A stretch of DNA of 63,746 nucleotides, filler included, from Rhabdomonas costata (Eukaryota), in NCBI GenBank assembly GCA_019059605.1. It is 41 parts of 41 records of this genome, joined end to end, with 100 filler letters (N's around TTAATTAATTAA, not from the genome) between each part and the next. Parts side by side here need not be neighbours in the genome. Positions count along the whole stretch, not along the records: positions 51,406 to 52,863 come from JAHMHO010015449.1; positions 52,964 to 54,421 come from JAHMHO010015450.1; positions 54,522 to 55,961 come from JAHMHO010015451.1; positions 56,062 to 57,518 come from JAHMHO010015452.1; positions 57,619 to 59,075 come from JAHMHO010015453.1; positions 59,176 to 60,632 come from JAHMHO010015454.1; positions 60,733 to 62,189 come from JAHMHO010015455.1; positions 62,290 to 63,746 come from JAHMHO010015456.1; 33 more parts are not named here. One strand, 5' to 3'. The translations under genes and the position numbers were made by a program. This document shows positions 51,671 through 63,746 of this stretch, piece by piece; position 1 is the first letter of the stretch, and each line of letters opens with the position of its first letter. The notes below the pieces were generated by a model, which was given only the letters and a program-made list of their open reading frames with translations, was not told the DNA's origin and searched no databases.

Positions 51671-53469
51671 ACACGTGATTTTTGTGTCTCAGGTCGAACG
51701 CTGCGAATCAATATCGTGTGATGACGTTCGGTCAATGTGACCCACTGATTGTACTTGCCAACTCACGACACCAAGTTTACCTCGCCACACCGTTACCCAC
51801 CGATTGCTCGTAGCAGACGGATCCCCTAGCTCAGTTTCAGCGCACACGTTGAGTTGGGCATCCGCGTATGTGTACAAGTAGGACGTATACGTATCACATG
51901 GGATTGTTGTGCCAAACGTGGAGCCAGCCGGGGAACGATGGAGCTAAGGGTGTGTATTATCGGCACACGTACACTTAGGTGATTGAGGGGTTGGGGTGGG
52001 GCGAGTCATATCATCAAGCCACAAGTTGGCCAAGGTGGTGTTACCCCATTCAACCGGTGACGTACACCCTTACTTCGATGTCGTTGGATGACACTACGGG
52101 TCTGTTACCCTATTAGTAGTGTTTCGCGTTTCGTAGTAGTGCCTGGTAGTGTCATTTCGTAGGGTTCATGCTAAGGGTGTGGTAGGCTCCCGATGTACCG
52201 TGTGGTACCCCTTTGTGGTACCTGTGCTGGGTTGGCATGTCCTAGGGTAGCACCTCGTGTAGAAGGAGTGGTTAGCCTACCTTTGGATGTGTTGGTCCAT
52301 TGCTATCATCCGGTGGTGGTCATGGCGTGGTTGGCATCGGTGGTATCTGCAGGGCCATCATGCCATAGTGTATCCTAGGAATCGTCATCCAGTATCCTAG
52401 GTGTATGCTATGGGTGGGGTGGTGGTCCGGTGGGTGCTGGCTATGTCCTGTCCACTAAGGTACGTTGGCTGTGGTGCTGCTGCTGATGCTGGTGCAAGGG
52501 GCCAAGTGGAGGGTGTCAAGGCTCAATCTCACACGTAACTCAGGGTGCAACAGGAGAAGTGGTATCATGGCACAACGTACCTCAGGGTAGGTTGGTGCAG
52601 ACAAAACGAAAGAAAAACTAGAGGCTGAAACAGAAGGTGAAGAAGATCGATGGCAAAAGGCGACGGGGGGGCACAAAGTCGGTCTCTCTCTAACTTTGGG
52701 TGAGGAATGTGGAAAGCGCTGGGGCGAGAGTGTCCCCTCTTGGGCTCGTAGACGCTGTGTGGTCGGCAGCATGGGCTGCAGCCTCTGATAAACCCCCTGG
52801 GTAGCTGGGGGCGGCGATGTTCACGCACACCCTCTTTCCTCATCCCAACCCCCCCAACAACACNNNNNNNNNNNNNNNNNNNNNNNNNNNNNNNNNNNNN
52901 NNNNNNNTTAATTAATTAANNNNNNNNNNNNNNNNNNNNNNNNNNNNNNNNNNNNNNNNNNNNTGTGTGGTGGGGCAGGGGGCGTTCGTAGCAATTTGTG
53001 GAGTTAAACGGCACTGAACCAAATAAAAAAAGAGGGTTTATCACTGTGTAATCATCGGAGAGGTGGTCAAAATACAGAGCTGTTAATGAATTACAAGCCA
53101 ATGAGTAGGCGCGCGCGAGGTTTACTTTTGTCGATACAAGATCATATTAACGCCTTCACAGCAGCCGTCGATAGGTGAATCGCAGCATTTCAAAAATAGC
53201 AAATTGTCAGGAAACCGGAAGTGTTCACCACCACCACACGTTCACCACCCCAACTCATACCTTGGGTAAGTTGATCGGATGCATCTGTTTGATAAGCAAT
53301 AGAGGAATAGACATATTTTTTGTGGCTTCACGTGGTGTCACACACACATGCGAGAATGGAGACAGACAGTCGTACTCATTCACCATTTAGGACGTTTCCC
53401 TGAAACATACTGCAAGGCTGAAACAAGATAGACTGAGTGGATGAGGCGGCCGGCGTTTGCGCCGCTATG

Positions 53470-54375
53470 TGGGTGCATACTTAGTTGCAAACTGGCGGCT
53501 TACCAGCCCAGTGATGGCGCGGATCGTTGCCTGGGTGCCGGCGTTACCTCCGGCACCACACAGGGTCGTCAGGAACAGCGGGAGCACAATATACCTGGCA
53601 ATCGGAACAAAGAGATGCCCCCAAAGAGATGCGGCAACATAGCATACACCTTTGAATGTTCGGATTTATTTTTTTCGGTTTTTGAACTGCTCAAGCCAAA
53701 GACTTCTTCCTAACCGCTTCCATCCATATACTGCCATTTCATACAAATGCCAGGGTTCTCATTTCCGTCGGCGGAATAAACGGGCAACCAACGGCAAGCG
53801 ATTTAATGGACGACGCGGGACTTCTGGCAGCCCCTCCAGCAAACAACGCAAAACAAAACTCTCCTCTATTGCGCAAACGCTATACATTCCATTCTATCTC
53901 TTAATCTAAATTTTCAACATCGTAGGGTACTCGCGCGGTGCAAGCCCCAGCCTGGAGGAGGAAAGATCCGTAAACTCTATTCTCATTTCAATTCATTCAC
54001 CCGCCGCCCTCCTCTGTCTTGATTTCTGTCGGCTTGAGTGCCGTCCCTGGATGATGCTTTCTGGCGCACTGCCTCCAACTTACAGTCATCGACGCTGCGC
54101 GCCGTTCTCTCATTCACTGCTTCCAAAGTGCGCCGGAACCCGTACACACTCCCACGAAGCCGCACTTGTTTAGCATCTCATCAAACGCCTCCAGCACGTT
54201 CGACGACATGCTCTGGCACAGCAGGAGCACCGTCAGCACCGTCAGCCGCCGCGCCGCAACCGCGGGCACCGCGGAGGAGGTCATCAGGTAGGCCTGCAGG
54301 GCACGAAGCATGCCTGCGTCAGCGTCCCTGGTGGACAGGTAGGCCTCAGGATCACCGGCTGGTCTACCCCTCCAA
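53470..54375 (-). CDS. mgtE: MgtE-family divalent cation transporter, partial (exons ..54166 and 53594..)
   Basis: RRLTVLTVLLLCQSMSSNVLEAFDEMLNK/YIVLPLFLTTLCGAGGNAGTQATIRAITGL, with the hallmark GGNAGxQ. The intron is GTGCGG..CAG and in phase. Confidence 0.88.
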
Positions 54376-56061
54376 GAGAATATCAAACCAAAAATAGACC
54401 ATCACACAACCCAACACCACANNNNNNNNNNNNNNNNNNNNNNNNNNNNNNNNNNNNNNNNNNNNTTAATTAATTAANNNNNNNNNNNNNNNNNNNNNNN
54501 NNNNNNNNNNNNNNNNNNNNNTGTGTTGGGGACAGAGGCAATGGCCACAGAGGCAGGGTCGGGATGTGATGCAATGTGATGTTGCAGTGGCAGTGCAATA
54601 GTGGTCAAAGTATGGCAAAACTGTCGAGCTGTCCAAAACCATTGTGTCCCAACTCCCTATCCCTGTCCACCTCACGTCACCCAAGAAGCCACGATTCACC
54701 AGGTCGAAAAGCGGGCCTACACGCAAGACTGGGGGCACCGCCACCGGGATAAAAAATCAAACCCTGCTCTCCACTCCTTCGCGCCCCACCCACTAAAAAT
54801 AAACAACAGAAATTCGGCCCCACAGGTCGTTTTGTCGTGAGAAAGATAGTGATACAAGCGCAAAAAGTGCCTGCCTGAAGGGTGGTTTGAACAAAACACA
54901 AAATCGGAGAGACTCAGTGTTCCGGCTGCTAGGGAAGGGAGATGTGGAGCAGTTTCGACTTCATTTTAGCCAAGGCGAAAGAAAAAAAGAACACTCAGTT
55001 CAACATGCTATCGCACAAAAGCGTATAAACGTGTAGCTGGGACGGAGTCTGTGCACTACAGATCCTTGCGAGGAACCCGTCATTTTGGCTCTGCGAGGGT
55101 AAGACGCTGCATGCAAGACTAAAAACACTTATAAGAAGCCACAGTCAGCGTTACTGAAAACAACATCTCGGAAACAACAAATTACAAAAGGACCAGCGTC
55201 TCTGCTATGGAAACAACGCTCCCTAACCCAAGGCATGATGCTGGCGGGGGCACGTGTTTCGCTTCCTAATCCCAAGTGAGTGGTTTACAATCATCCCTTG
55301 TGCCGGGATTCCAAAAAGAAAGCTTTTTTATAAAAATAAAAAAAGTCGCTGGGAGGGAAAAAATGCCCAAAAGCGCAAAATTAGCTAAAAAAAGTGGTCT
55401 GATGAAACTCACTGCAAAGACAAGTGTGAGCTTTCAGGGGCAGTTTGAGAGTGGTGGGTTAATAAAAATGTTTTGTCGTTGCTCGTGCACAAAACCGTGG
55501 TGTCCGCCCCCCCTCCCCCTCATCTCCCGATCTAACATCATCATCAGAGTAAAAAATGTATAGAGTTCTGCATAAGGGGTGAAATCTACGCAACAAGACG
55601 ACGCAATCAATTCACATCACGTGAAAAGAATGCCGGCATGCTGACATTCGGGCCAAGATCAGGACGGTCATCGGAAATCGTTTGTTGTGACAACGAGAAC
55701 CAGTGCAGGGTGCGAAACCTTCGCCAGACTCCGCAGAGTGCATAGGACACCAAGCAGGGTCGAACAAAACAAAAAGTGAGCATCCGTTTTCTTGAGAAAG
55801 CAAACGAAATGGGGCAGATCTACACTGTCCCCGGGGCCAACAAGGGATTTGATAAGGGATGGCAAGGAGAAGGGCTTGGAGTTCGTGAGCGGCCTGAATC
55901 CTCCGCGCTGAGGTAGCTCAGCGCGGAGGATTCAGGCCGTTCACGAACTCCAACCCCAACANNNNNNNNNNNNNNNNNNNNNNNNNNNNNNNNNNNNNNN
56001 NNNNNTTAATTAATTAANNNNNNNNNNNNNNNNNNNNNNNNNNNNNNNNNNNNNNNNNNNN

Positions 56062-56932
56062 TTTGTGGGGTGCCTCTGCCCAACAGCACGGCCTACGAGG
56101 CGCAGCTCGCAGAGCTGCGCGTGATAGCGCCTTCGGTTGTGCCGGACTTCGATCTGCAGCTTCTGTCGACGCAGACGGAGACCGAGTTCAAGAGGATCCT
56201 GGGATCCCGTTTGCGCAAAGTCCTGCAGCACGAGTCCAAGGACTGGATGAAGATGAGCGAGCGCAAGGACGTCCTGGCCCAAGTGCAAGCCCTGTGGGAA
56301 ACTATGAAAGCGGCGCAGGTGGGGTTGTAACGGCCCATGTTCTTCCTCAAAGCGACGGCGGACTTGGCCGGGGTGAAGAGTACTCTGGAGGCGCAGGCCG
56401 AGGGCCTGATCGCGCTCCTGGGTAACCTGATTGGTCCCGCCACCAACCAGGAACTTCTGACATGCCTCACCGAGGCCCTGTTCCAAACTCCGGGGAAGCC
56501 CCCGCAAACCCTGATGAACACGGTGACGGTACCTTACACACTCTCCTCCATCACCAGCACAATAAAGTCCTATTTTTTTGTTTGCGTTTGGTTTTTTTAG
56601 GGGGGGCGGGTTTGGTTTGGCGGGCCCTCCTCGTTTGAATTTGGAGACAGAGAAGGAGTTGAATAAGATAGGCAGAAAGCAGGGACGGGAAATTTCTCTG
56701 TCCCCGTCTCCCGTCCCAAATGCGCACACAGGTGCTGTTCTCCACGGGCTTTGGGTTTGCCTCTCGAACGGACGAGGAGCAGGCCTGCCTGGCGCAGCTG
56801 GACAAGAAGCCGGATTTCCGGGTGAAGTTCCGTGAGTACCTCGGGGCCAGGTTCGAGCCTTACCGGAAGGAGTTCCTGGCACAGGCGCAGGCCCTGGTGA
56901 AGGCCGAGCTGGTCGAGTTTGCGATGCAAAAG
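56062..56932 (+). CDS. Partial spliced hypothetical helical protein (exons ..56318, 56379-~56522, 56732-56932)
   Basis: Strongly GC3-biased open blocks bounded by GT-AG. A 60-nt intron (56319-56378) removes the in-frame TAA. Confidence 0.65.
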
Positions 56933-57974
56933 GTGCGTATTCAAACGCTCCCGCGGCACCCGAAGTGAGCATACTTTTTCTAGCCACTGAAATGAAAACC
57001 TTTTTAGACACATTAACTGCAGCAAACAAGGTCACAGGAGAGACACTCGCTGCAAATTGTGGACAGTGTCGTCCGGAGTGAACCAATACAGGGTGGGAGG
57101 TTTGACCGTGACCCGGAAGCTGAATATCTTAAACCCATCTTATGCTGCCCTAAACAGATGCATACCGGCCCACTCCTCTGCTCAGCGTCAAGTATTCCGG
57201 GCCCTACTCGTAGGTATGCTAAGCAGGCCCGGCCGAAACGTCAGGCTCAGTATGCCAGCCTGCAAAGGGCCAAAAAGTGCTCCCCCCATACCTTGCAAAC
57301 ACTGCTTGGCAAACACTGCTTGATCGAAAATGCCTTAAAAAGGGCAAAAAAGAATGCCCCTAAAAAGCCCCGGAACTCTGAGTAGAAAGAGTCAGAGGCC
57401 AGGAAACGGTCACCCAAGTCATCACAGGGGTACTGCCATACCACCAATTATGGTCCGGGCCAGGGGGGGGGGTCATTTGAATGAGGTCATCTAGCCTTAA
57501 CGCGTGAGATTCAAACCCNNNNNNNNNNNNNNNNNNNNNNNNNNNNNNNNNNNNNNNNNNNNTTAATTAATTAANNNNNNNNNNNNNNNNNNNNNNNNNN
57601 NNNNNNNNNNNNNNNNNNGGTTTTGGTGTGTGTGTTGGTTGGTGTGGTGTGATTTCATTAAGAAATCAGGTGAGTTTATCCGCCAAAAATAGTGTGCGGC
57701 ATAAACCCAGTAAGGACTCTTGTACTTTGTATTTAGGGGGAGGGGCGATTAACGCCGTCCGTCGAACGGCCCAAGTCCCTTTTAAACTTAGTTGGGTTGC
57801 ACTGTAAAGCTGCAACGTGGAAATAACTGGCACTGTTTCCCGAACCCCGTGCTCGGAAAACAAAAACGTTTTGCGTTATTTCATTTCGAAAGATGAGGCA
57901 AGTCCGAAAAGAAGGACATTTACGACGTTTTATCCTCCTTCGTCCGGAGGTGGGATGGCGCGAAAAGTCTGAAG

Positions 57975-58033
57975 TTGGGGCAGCTTTTAACTAATTGGGG
58001 CAGCTTTTAACTAACCCAACCCAACCCAACCCA
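57975..58033 (+). repeat. 20-bp tandem duplication followed by (CCCAA)n
   Basis: TTGGGGCAGCTTTTAACTAA twice (57975-58014), then about four CCCAA units. Confidence 0.85.
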
Positions 58034-59677
58034 AGAGCAGCTTTTTGGTTGCTTCATTTTGCAGCTACCCTACAACCCTTACAAGGGCAACTCCCCTCTC
58101 CCCCCTCCCCTTTTCCGGCTTTTTGATCCTGCTTCAGGGTGGGCTGTGTGCATTTTTCCGGGGAGGGGGGTTACTTTTTAACGACATTTACCGGTATTGC
58201 AACGATGTACTGTATAGCGTTGTTATACGGTTAACATCGTTTTGCGGGAAAAATCTGAAACCAGACTTGAGGGTCTGCCTCCGCGAAACGCACAATAAAG
58301 AACAGCATCAGACTTTGTGTTTCTTGTTGTGTTGTTTCTTACTGGAACCACACAGTGCGGAAATGTGCTCCGGCGTTTCTCTCGGGTGTTTTTCACTTGC
58401 TCAGGCTTCGGAAAAGGAGCAAATGATTCGAGTCCTTGATTGAGGCTTTGCTGAATTTCAACCTCCCTCATCCATATGTGTGTCATCTCCCTAGAGAGAC
58501 ATGTTTACAGAGGAAACATAGCCCACCCCATCATCTCTATCGTTCATTTTGTGTCCCCTGTCTTGGCCTGCTTGGTGACGCTCACGCGAGAAACTTGTAT
58601 AGTTGTCATTTACTTGCGTTGACCTGTCTTCTATATTCCGTTTTGCTTTGGTGGGGAGGACAGAAGCTGTCTGAATTCTGATTTCACGGTCAAAATTGGG
58701 GATACGCATTTTTTTTTTCAAAAATCGCAATTCCTCTCTTCGGTAACTGATCCGGTGAGGTCGGCCCGTCCATTTGCCAACCAGTTATCAGTCCGCAGTT
58801 TGGTCGTTGCCGTGCTCGTGTTCAAGTTCAGTTAATAGCTTAGGATGGCGTTGACGTTCTTGGTGCTCACCTGGTTGTTGATTGCCGCGCCCCCTGTTTT
58901 CAATCAGTCTCGAACTTTTTTCAGAATTACGCACAGCGTCCTCTTTTTCAAGAGGTATTTTGTTTGCGAGGTTTAGCCGCACAATGGCCAGCACAGGCGA
59001 GGATGACTCCGAAGTCAGCGCAGGGGAGCGGTTGAGAGATCGGAGTCATCCTCGCCTGTGCTGGCCATTGTGCGGNNNNNNNNNNNNNNNNNNNNNNNNN
59101 NNNNNNNNNNNNNNNNNNNTTAATTAATTAANNNNNNNNNNNNNNNNNNNNNNNNNNNNNNNNNNNNNNNNNNNNGGTTCCATTTTAATCGTTGGCTTTG
59201 CTGTCGCTTGCCTTAGTGCTCTGTGGTACGCTGTGCACCCTTTTGATGGTCACCCCATTTTGTTGCCTTCAACTTTGTCTTTTTCAAGACCCTTCCTGGC
59301 CCGAATGAGCTAGAGAGAATGAGAACCACGTGGCAAAGCCACAAAAAAATTGGGTTTTCTTTTGTGTTGTATTACTTTAAGTACTCCACAAATCCGTGCG
59401 CTTTTTGATGGCGGCTCAAGCGATCCATTTCCTGTGCAAGTTACTCATACTGTTGGACCGTATCATATATATCCGCATGACGCGGTCTGTGGTACTGGTG
59501 CATACAAATACAATTTATGGGTACCAGTGCTCATCCAAGAACTCAATGAAAAAGATGCAGTATCTCCGTCCCAAACTCGAGCCCTTTTACTTGCTTTCAC
59601 CGTGCTTCCATAACGACTATTAGTTAGCTTTAATTGGTGTATAAAACTCCAAATTGTTCTCAAATTACACCCGTATT

Positions 59678-59825
59678 ATCATCACCACTCGCACAATGCA
59701 AGCACAGTACTTGCAAATTTATACACGCACTTATCCTGTCACTGCTATTTTCCTGTTGATCTCAAGAAGCTTCTCTGCCATTGTTTGCCTCTCGTATTAC
59801 CACCTGTCGGGCACTGCAGACACCA
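59678..59825 (+). repeat. Dispersed repeat, copy 2 (homologous to 3270-3440)
   Basis: See copy 1. Long near-identical blocks are shared between unrelated contigs. Confidence 0.85.
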
Positions 59826-61055
59826 CACGACCCAGAAGCCGACCAAGTGGTGAAGTTCGTGAACTGATAAACCACCAGAGGCTAGTCCTTCTACCCGTGG
59901 TAACATTTTGTATTCCCCCGTTCTTGGACGCTGGGTGAGTCCCTTTTTGACGGCTGCCCAAGCGGAAAGCCGCCACACCGGGTAACGGGATCTCCCATAC
60001 ACCAACACTATGCGGTAACGGAACTGGTGGATGTGAACCATTATCTAATTGGAGGGTATTGCAAAGTTTTACCTCGGGATAGTGTAACCCCCCACCCACC
60101 GTGACGACCGTGTTTTTTCTCGTGCTCTTCTTTGCGCAACCCTGTTCATGCTCATTTGTGTTTTTCAGGCACTCCACGCCACTGCTGCACCACCCTTGCG
60201 CGCGCGTGTGTTTCGTTGCTTGTCTTTCCGGCCTCCTACTTGCTTTTGCTTTTTGCAACCTTCCGCCAACCTGCCGCAAAGCAGCAGCCCCTGCGCGCCG
60301 CATCCTCCAGTACCATCGCCATCCAGTCAGCCCTTGGCGCCGGGACAGCCAGCCTGATGCCCCTGATGATCAAAAAGACCAGCATGCACACACCCACATG
60401 ACCACACCCACAAATGAACCCTGCACTTGTTAAGCCCCGCGCCACCTTTCAATGACTAACGGATTTCCTTGTCCATGGCCTAACACACCCAGTTTCTGAC
60501 ATTAGTCGCCCATTTTTTCGGGGCCTCCTCCGCCCCCAGCTACGGTCCTCCTAATGTAAGAAACCGATTCTTTTCCCCCTAGGATCACCACGTGCCGGAA
60601 AACACATTCTCCCATCAGCACATTAAACACCCNNNNNNNNNNNNNNNNNNNNNNNNNNNNNNNNNNNNNNNNNNNNTTAATTAATTAANNNNNNNNNNNN
60701 NNNNNNNNNNNNNNNNNNNNNNNNNNNNNNNNGGGGGTTGTGGGCCGACCCTCAACTTCCCCAATAATTTCGTTCGTGTTCAGCAGCGCGACTCTGACAT
60801 TCGGCGCGAACGTGTGTTGGCAAGGGAGATGGGAGTTGCATAACAGAACGCGGCGCTGCCAACAAGGAGGTGGACTGGAGCTGCGGAGCAGTTGTGCTGA
60901 GTACATTTCGAGTATTCACGACGAAGGAGGGAAAGTCAACCAGCAGCGAATGCAGACGAAATTTCTCCAATGGACTCAAAGCGTGTGGGCCAATGGGATG
61001 CGATACTTTTTTCTTCATTTGGGAGGGCATATGCTTGTGGTGGCTTTTGTGGCAG

Positions 61056-62189
61056 GCTTTTCGGCACGTGGGACCAGTTCCTGCCGGAGTGGCGGACCTG
61101 CCTGCCCAGCTTTCTGTTCCCTGGGGTGCAGACCGCGCTGAACCAAGCCGAGCTGCAGGACCGAGACGTCAGCGTCGCGGACGTGTGCGTGAACCTCTAT
61201 TACCCCATGGTGGCCACAAACGTCTACCGGGACCGCTCGGTTTCGTGCCCTTCCCTCCATTATGCACTGTACCTTAATTAGAATGGACTTCTCACTGAGA
61301 CGTCTGTGGGTGCAGATCATCGAGCCTGTCGGAAAAGTTCTTGGCGTGGGGGGTCACCCAAAGTTAAGCATGCTTCCATGCAAGAGCTTCACAACCTGCC
61401 GACATGGGAGCAATACAAGGACTTACAGTCACAGGTGTTTATGGTGGTGGAGGAGGTACTTCTGGGGGGGGGCTTTCGCGTTAGGTAGTGGTCTGTCACC
61501 TGAAGGCATGATTAGGGCTGTGATACACCTACTGCTTTAGATGGTGCCGTTGTGACAACCCTCCTCAGCGTTTCATCATTTTCGGCATTGCAGTCAGGAG
61601 CAGCCAACCATATCTGTGATTGTGTGATGCGATATCTGGTTTTCTTTAATACCAGACTGTTGTGGTACACTGTGAGTTGAGTTTTTATGGGTTTGCCTGG
61701 GAGATGGATCAAGTTTCCCTTTTCCACTTCCCTTCGTTTTCTCTTTTCCTTCCTCTTCATCCTTGTTTGTTTCGCCTACATCCCGCTTCTCTCTCCCGCC
61801 ACTTTCTCGGTTTCCTCCCACTTTCTGACTACTTTGTTGAGATGTGTTTAGATGTGTCCCTGGCCTTTTCTTCATTGTATCTTATTGGCCATACTGCCTT
61901 GCACAACCTGTCACACTGCGGTGGGTATTTTGACCGGTCGTTTCAATTGCTTTTGACTATGGGCGTGGTTGCAGGCGATTCGGGCGCAGTTCGACCTTCC
62001 CGCTGAGCCATGCCAGGATGTGCTGGTCTCCGCGCTGTGCACCCAATGCGCGGTGGCGCAGAACTCCCGCGAGATTGAGGCGCGGCTGCCCCGTCCCGCC
62101 TCCGTCGCAGAGCCTGTGCTGCAGTACGCGGTGCTGCCCCCTGCACCGCCCGACGCGGCCCCTTCCAGGGCCCCGGCGCCCCCAAAAAC
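61056..62189 (+). CDS. PLAC8-family protein, partial (exons 61056-61239, 61975-..)
   Basis: LFGTWDQ..TCLPSFLFPGVQTALN..YRDRS/AIRAQFDLPAEPCQDVLVSALCTQCAVAQNSREI matches the PLAC8 RxxIRxxxxxxxxPCxD..CxxCAxxQxxRE pattern. Confidence 0.85.
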
Positions 62190-63746
62190 NNNNNNNNNNN
62201 NNNNNNNNNNNNNNNNNNNNNNNNNNNNNNNNNTTAATTAATTAANNNNNNNNNNNNNNNNNNNNNNNNNNNNNNNNNNNNNNNNNNNNGGGGTTTGGGT
62301 GGACAAGTGTCTCTTGCACCCTTCTCTGGCCGATTATACCTTTCACCTTCTCCCACGCTCCCGTTACTCTTTCCCACTGCTGAACGCTCCCTCCCAATCC
62401 TTGATCGCCAAATCCCCCTCTCCATTTGCCATATCTCCTCGCAAGTCAATGGTCCATTCCGTGATTTCAAAGACACTCGTCCACCCGGAATCCCCCCTCT
62501 ATTTCTTTGCTCTGTGTTCGATGTTTGCTGCTGTTTGTTGCAAGAACGATATTGTGAAGACTACCATAAAAATAGTTATGTATACCTTGGTATATTCTCT
62601 GTCCCTCTTCCGCGGAAAGATAACGTTGAGAATGTTCAATGTTGATGCGAACTTCTGTTGATGCAAAACTTGAGTTTAAGCGCAGCCACAAACATCCAAA
62701 GGGATACATTGCCCGGGCCACCTAAAAAGTGAGAGTTTTCGAGATTTACTCTGAAGGAAGCGATATTTCTTAGTAACTGGTTCTGGTTACAGGTATCAGA
62801 GCAACAGAGCAATTTCAGGTGACATAATTACACGGTTTTCTCGTACGGCACTCGACCGTATAGGGTGTTTCGGAGTTTTCAGCCATTCGGACACTTCATA
62901 CGTCTTCATGAGGGTCACATGAGATTTCATGGGCAGGTTTTTTTTTTGAAGAGTTGTCATTTCGGGTGTAGCTCTCACAAGACCCGAGCCGTGTATGTTG
63001 CAGCAATGCGGCCCCTTCAGGAAGGACCACCCGGAATAAAAACTGCACCTTGGGAACACGGTTCGGCCTCCGCCCCGGTAATGGGGGTAGCAAGCTCGCC
63101 ACTGGGCAGTGAGGGAATGAGCTCAAGCGCTAGGGAAGAGTAGACGTCTTCAGTCCTATAGCGATAAGCGGAGTACCAACCACAGATAGACTTCTGCACT
63201 TTCGATCTCAATTTCGGACGGAAAGAGACCAAAAAGAAGGAAAAGAAGTGCACAAAGCGATATTTCGCACGAGCAGTCTGATTTTCAAAGCCAGCTCCGA
63301 AACATCCTCATTCTAATTTGATAAATAAAAATATTGTAAAAAGATAACTAAATGCAAATCAAACAGCTGACATCCCAAAACGGCCGATGAACGCAAAAAA
63401 AAAAAGAGAGAGAGTCACAACCAAACTTAACAAAGCATTTTGCTGCGAGAGCATTTCATTTGGTATCACTCACGAGCCTCGCATCCAATACCCGGCGGTG
63501 ACTTCATCGCCCGACGCAGCATCGGGCGCAACTTCCTCTGAAGTGCTTGAAGGGGTCCCAACGGCGCCGGGACACGCTGGCAAATCAGAAAGACACCAAA
63601 GCCCGCCGTTCCAAGCATCTGTTTACCAACGCAGAATTCCCTACCCTTTTCGTTTACACCCTTCCGAAGAGATGTGATTCTGGGAATTTCGCTTAGCTCC
63701 AGAGTTCTTCACAGATGTTGCTTGGTTTTTATAATAGGAAGATCTT

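Noticed and set aside
52193-52500. Mitochondrial protein module in the GT-rich part of contig 34
   Set aside because: Manual translation of the plus-strand frames, including TGA=Trp, gave no recognisable cox, cob, nad or atp motif.
52977-52987. GGGGCGTTC resembling kinetoplast minicircle CSB-1
   Set aside because: No CSB-2 or CSB-3 nearby, and the contig carries a nuclear spliced MgtE gene.
56328-56330. In-frame TAA suggesting stop-codon reassignment
   Set aside because: It is removed by an in-phase 60-nt GT-AG intron (56319-56378).
1504-62245. Regularly spaced TTAATTAATTAA repeat as a CRISPR-like or biological array
   Set aside because: It is always embedded in N-runs, as a six-frame-stop assembly linker.
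1-63746. Gene-sized nanochromosomes or an operon-like system across contigs
   Set aside because: The uniform size is best explained by length-sorted contigs. Genes are truncated at contig ends, the tails have anti-telomeric polarity, and adjacency is artificial.

Overview
This is not a contiguous locus. It is a pseudo-scaffold of 41 unrelated short contigs (about 1.44-1.46 kb each) joined by 40 artificial 100-bp linkers (N-run + TTAATTAATTAA + N-run), so neighbourhood across linkers is meaningless and most ORF-track calls are spurious. Most contigs are nuclear DNA of an intron-rich eukaryote, with short GC-rich exons, T-rich GT-AG introns and weak donors that are often GTGYG. A euglenozoan-like protist is plausible but unproven. 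Recognisable gene fragments include a Pcf11-like CID protein, an IQ-motif protein, a fucosyltransferase, a dual-specificity phosphatase, bestrophin, dihydropteroate synthase, a PB1 protein, a mono-ADP-ribosyltransferase, ALG3, MgtE and PLAC8. Mobile DNA includes a CRE-like non-LTR element, a Ty3/Gypsy protease relic, and a complete Merlin-type MITE (25-bp TIRs, 8-bp TSD) carrying a (CCCTAA)n array. The two most unusual signals are (i) a group of compositionally distinct contigs (17145-18599, 42057-43513, 51406-52863), two of which carry extremely divergent bacterial/mitochondrial-type rRNA landmarks, and (ii) an AT-rich intronless metallophosphoesterase-like contig of probably foreign origin (40499-41956). 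Fold-back ends and C/A tails on contigs look like library artefacts.
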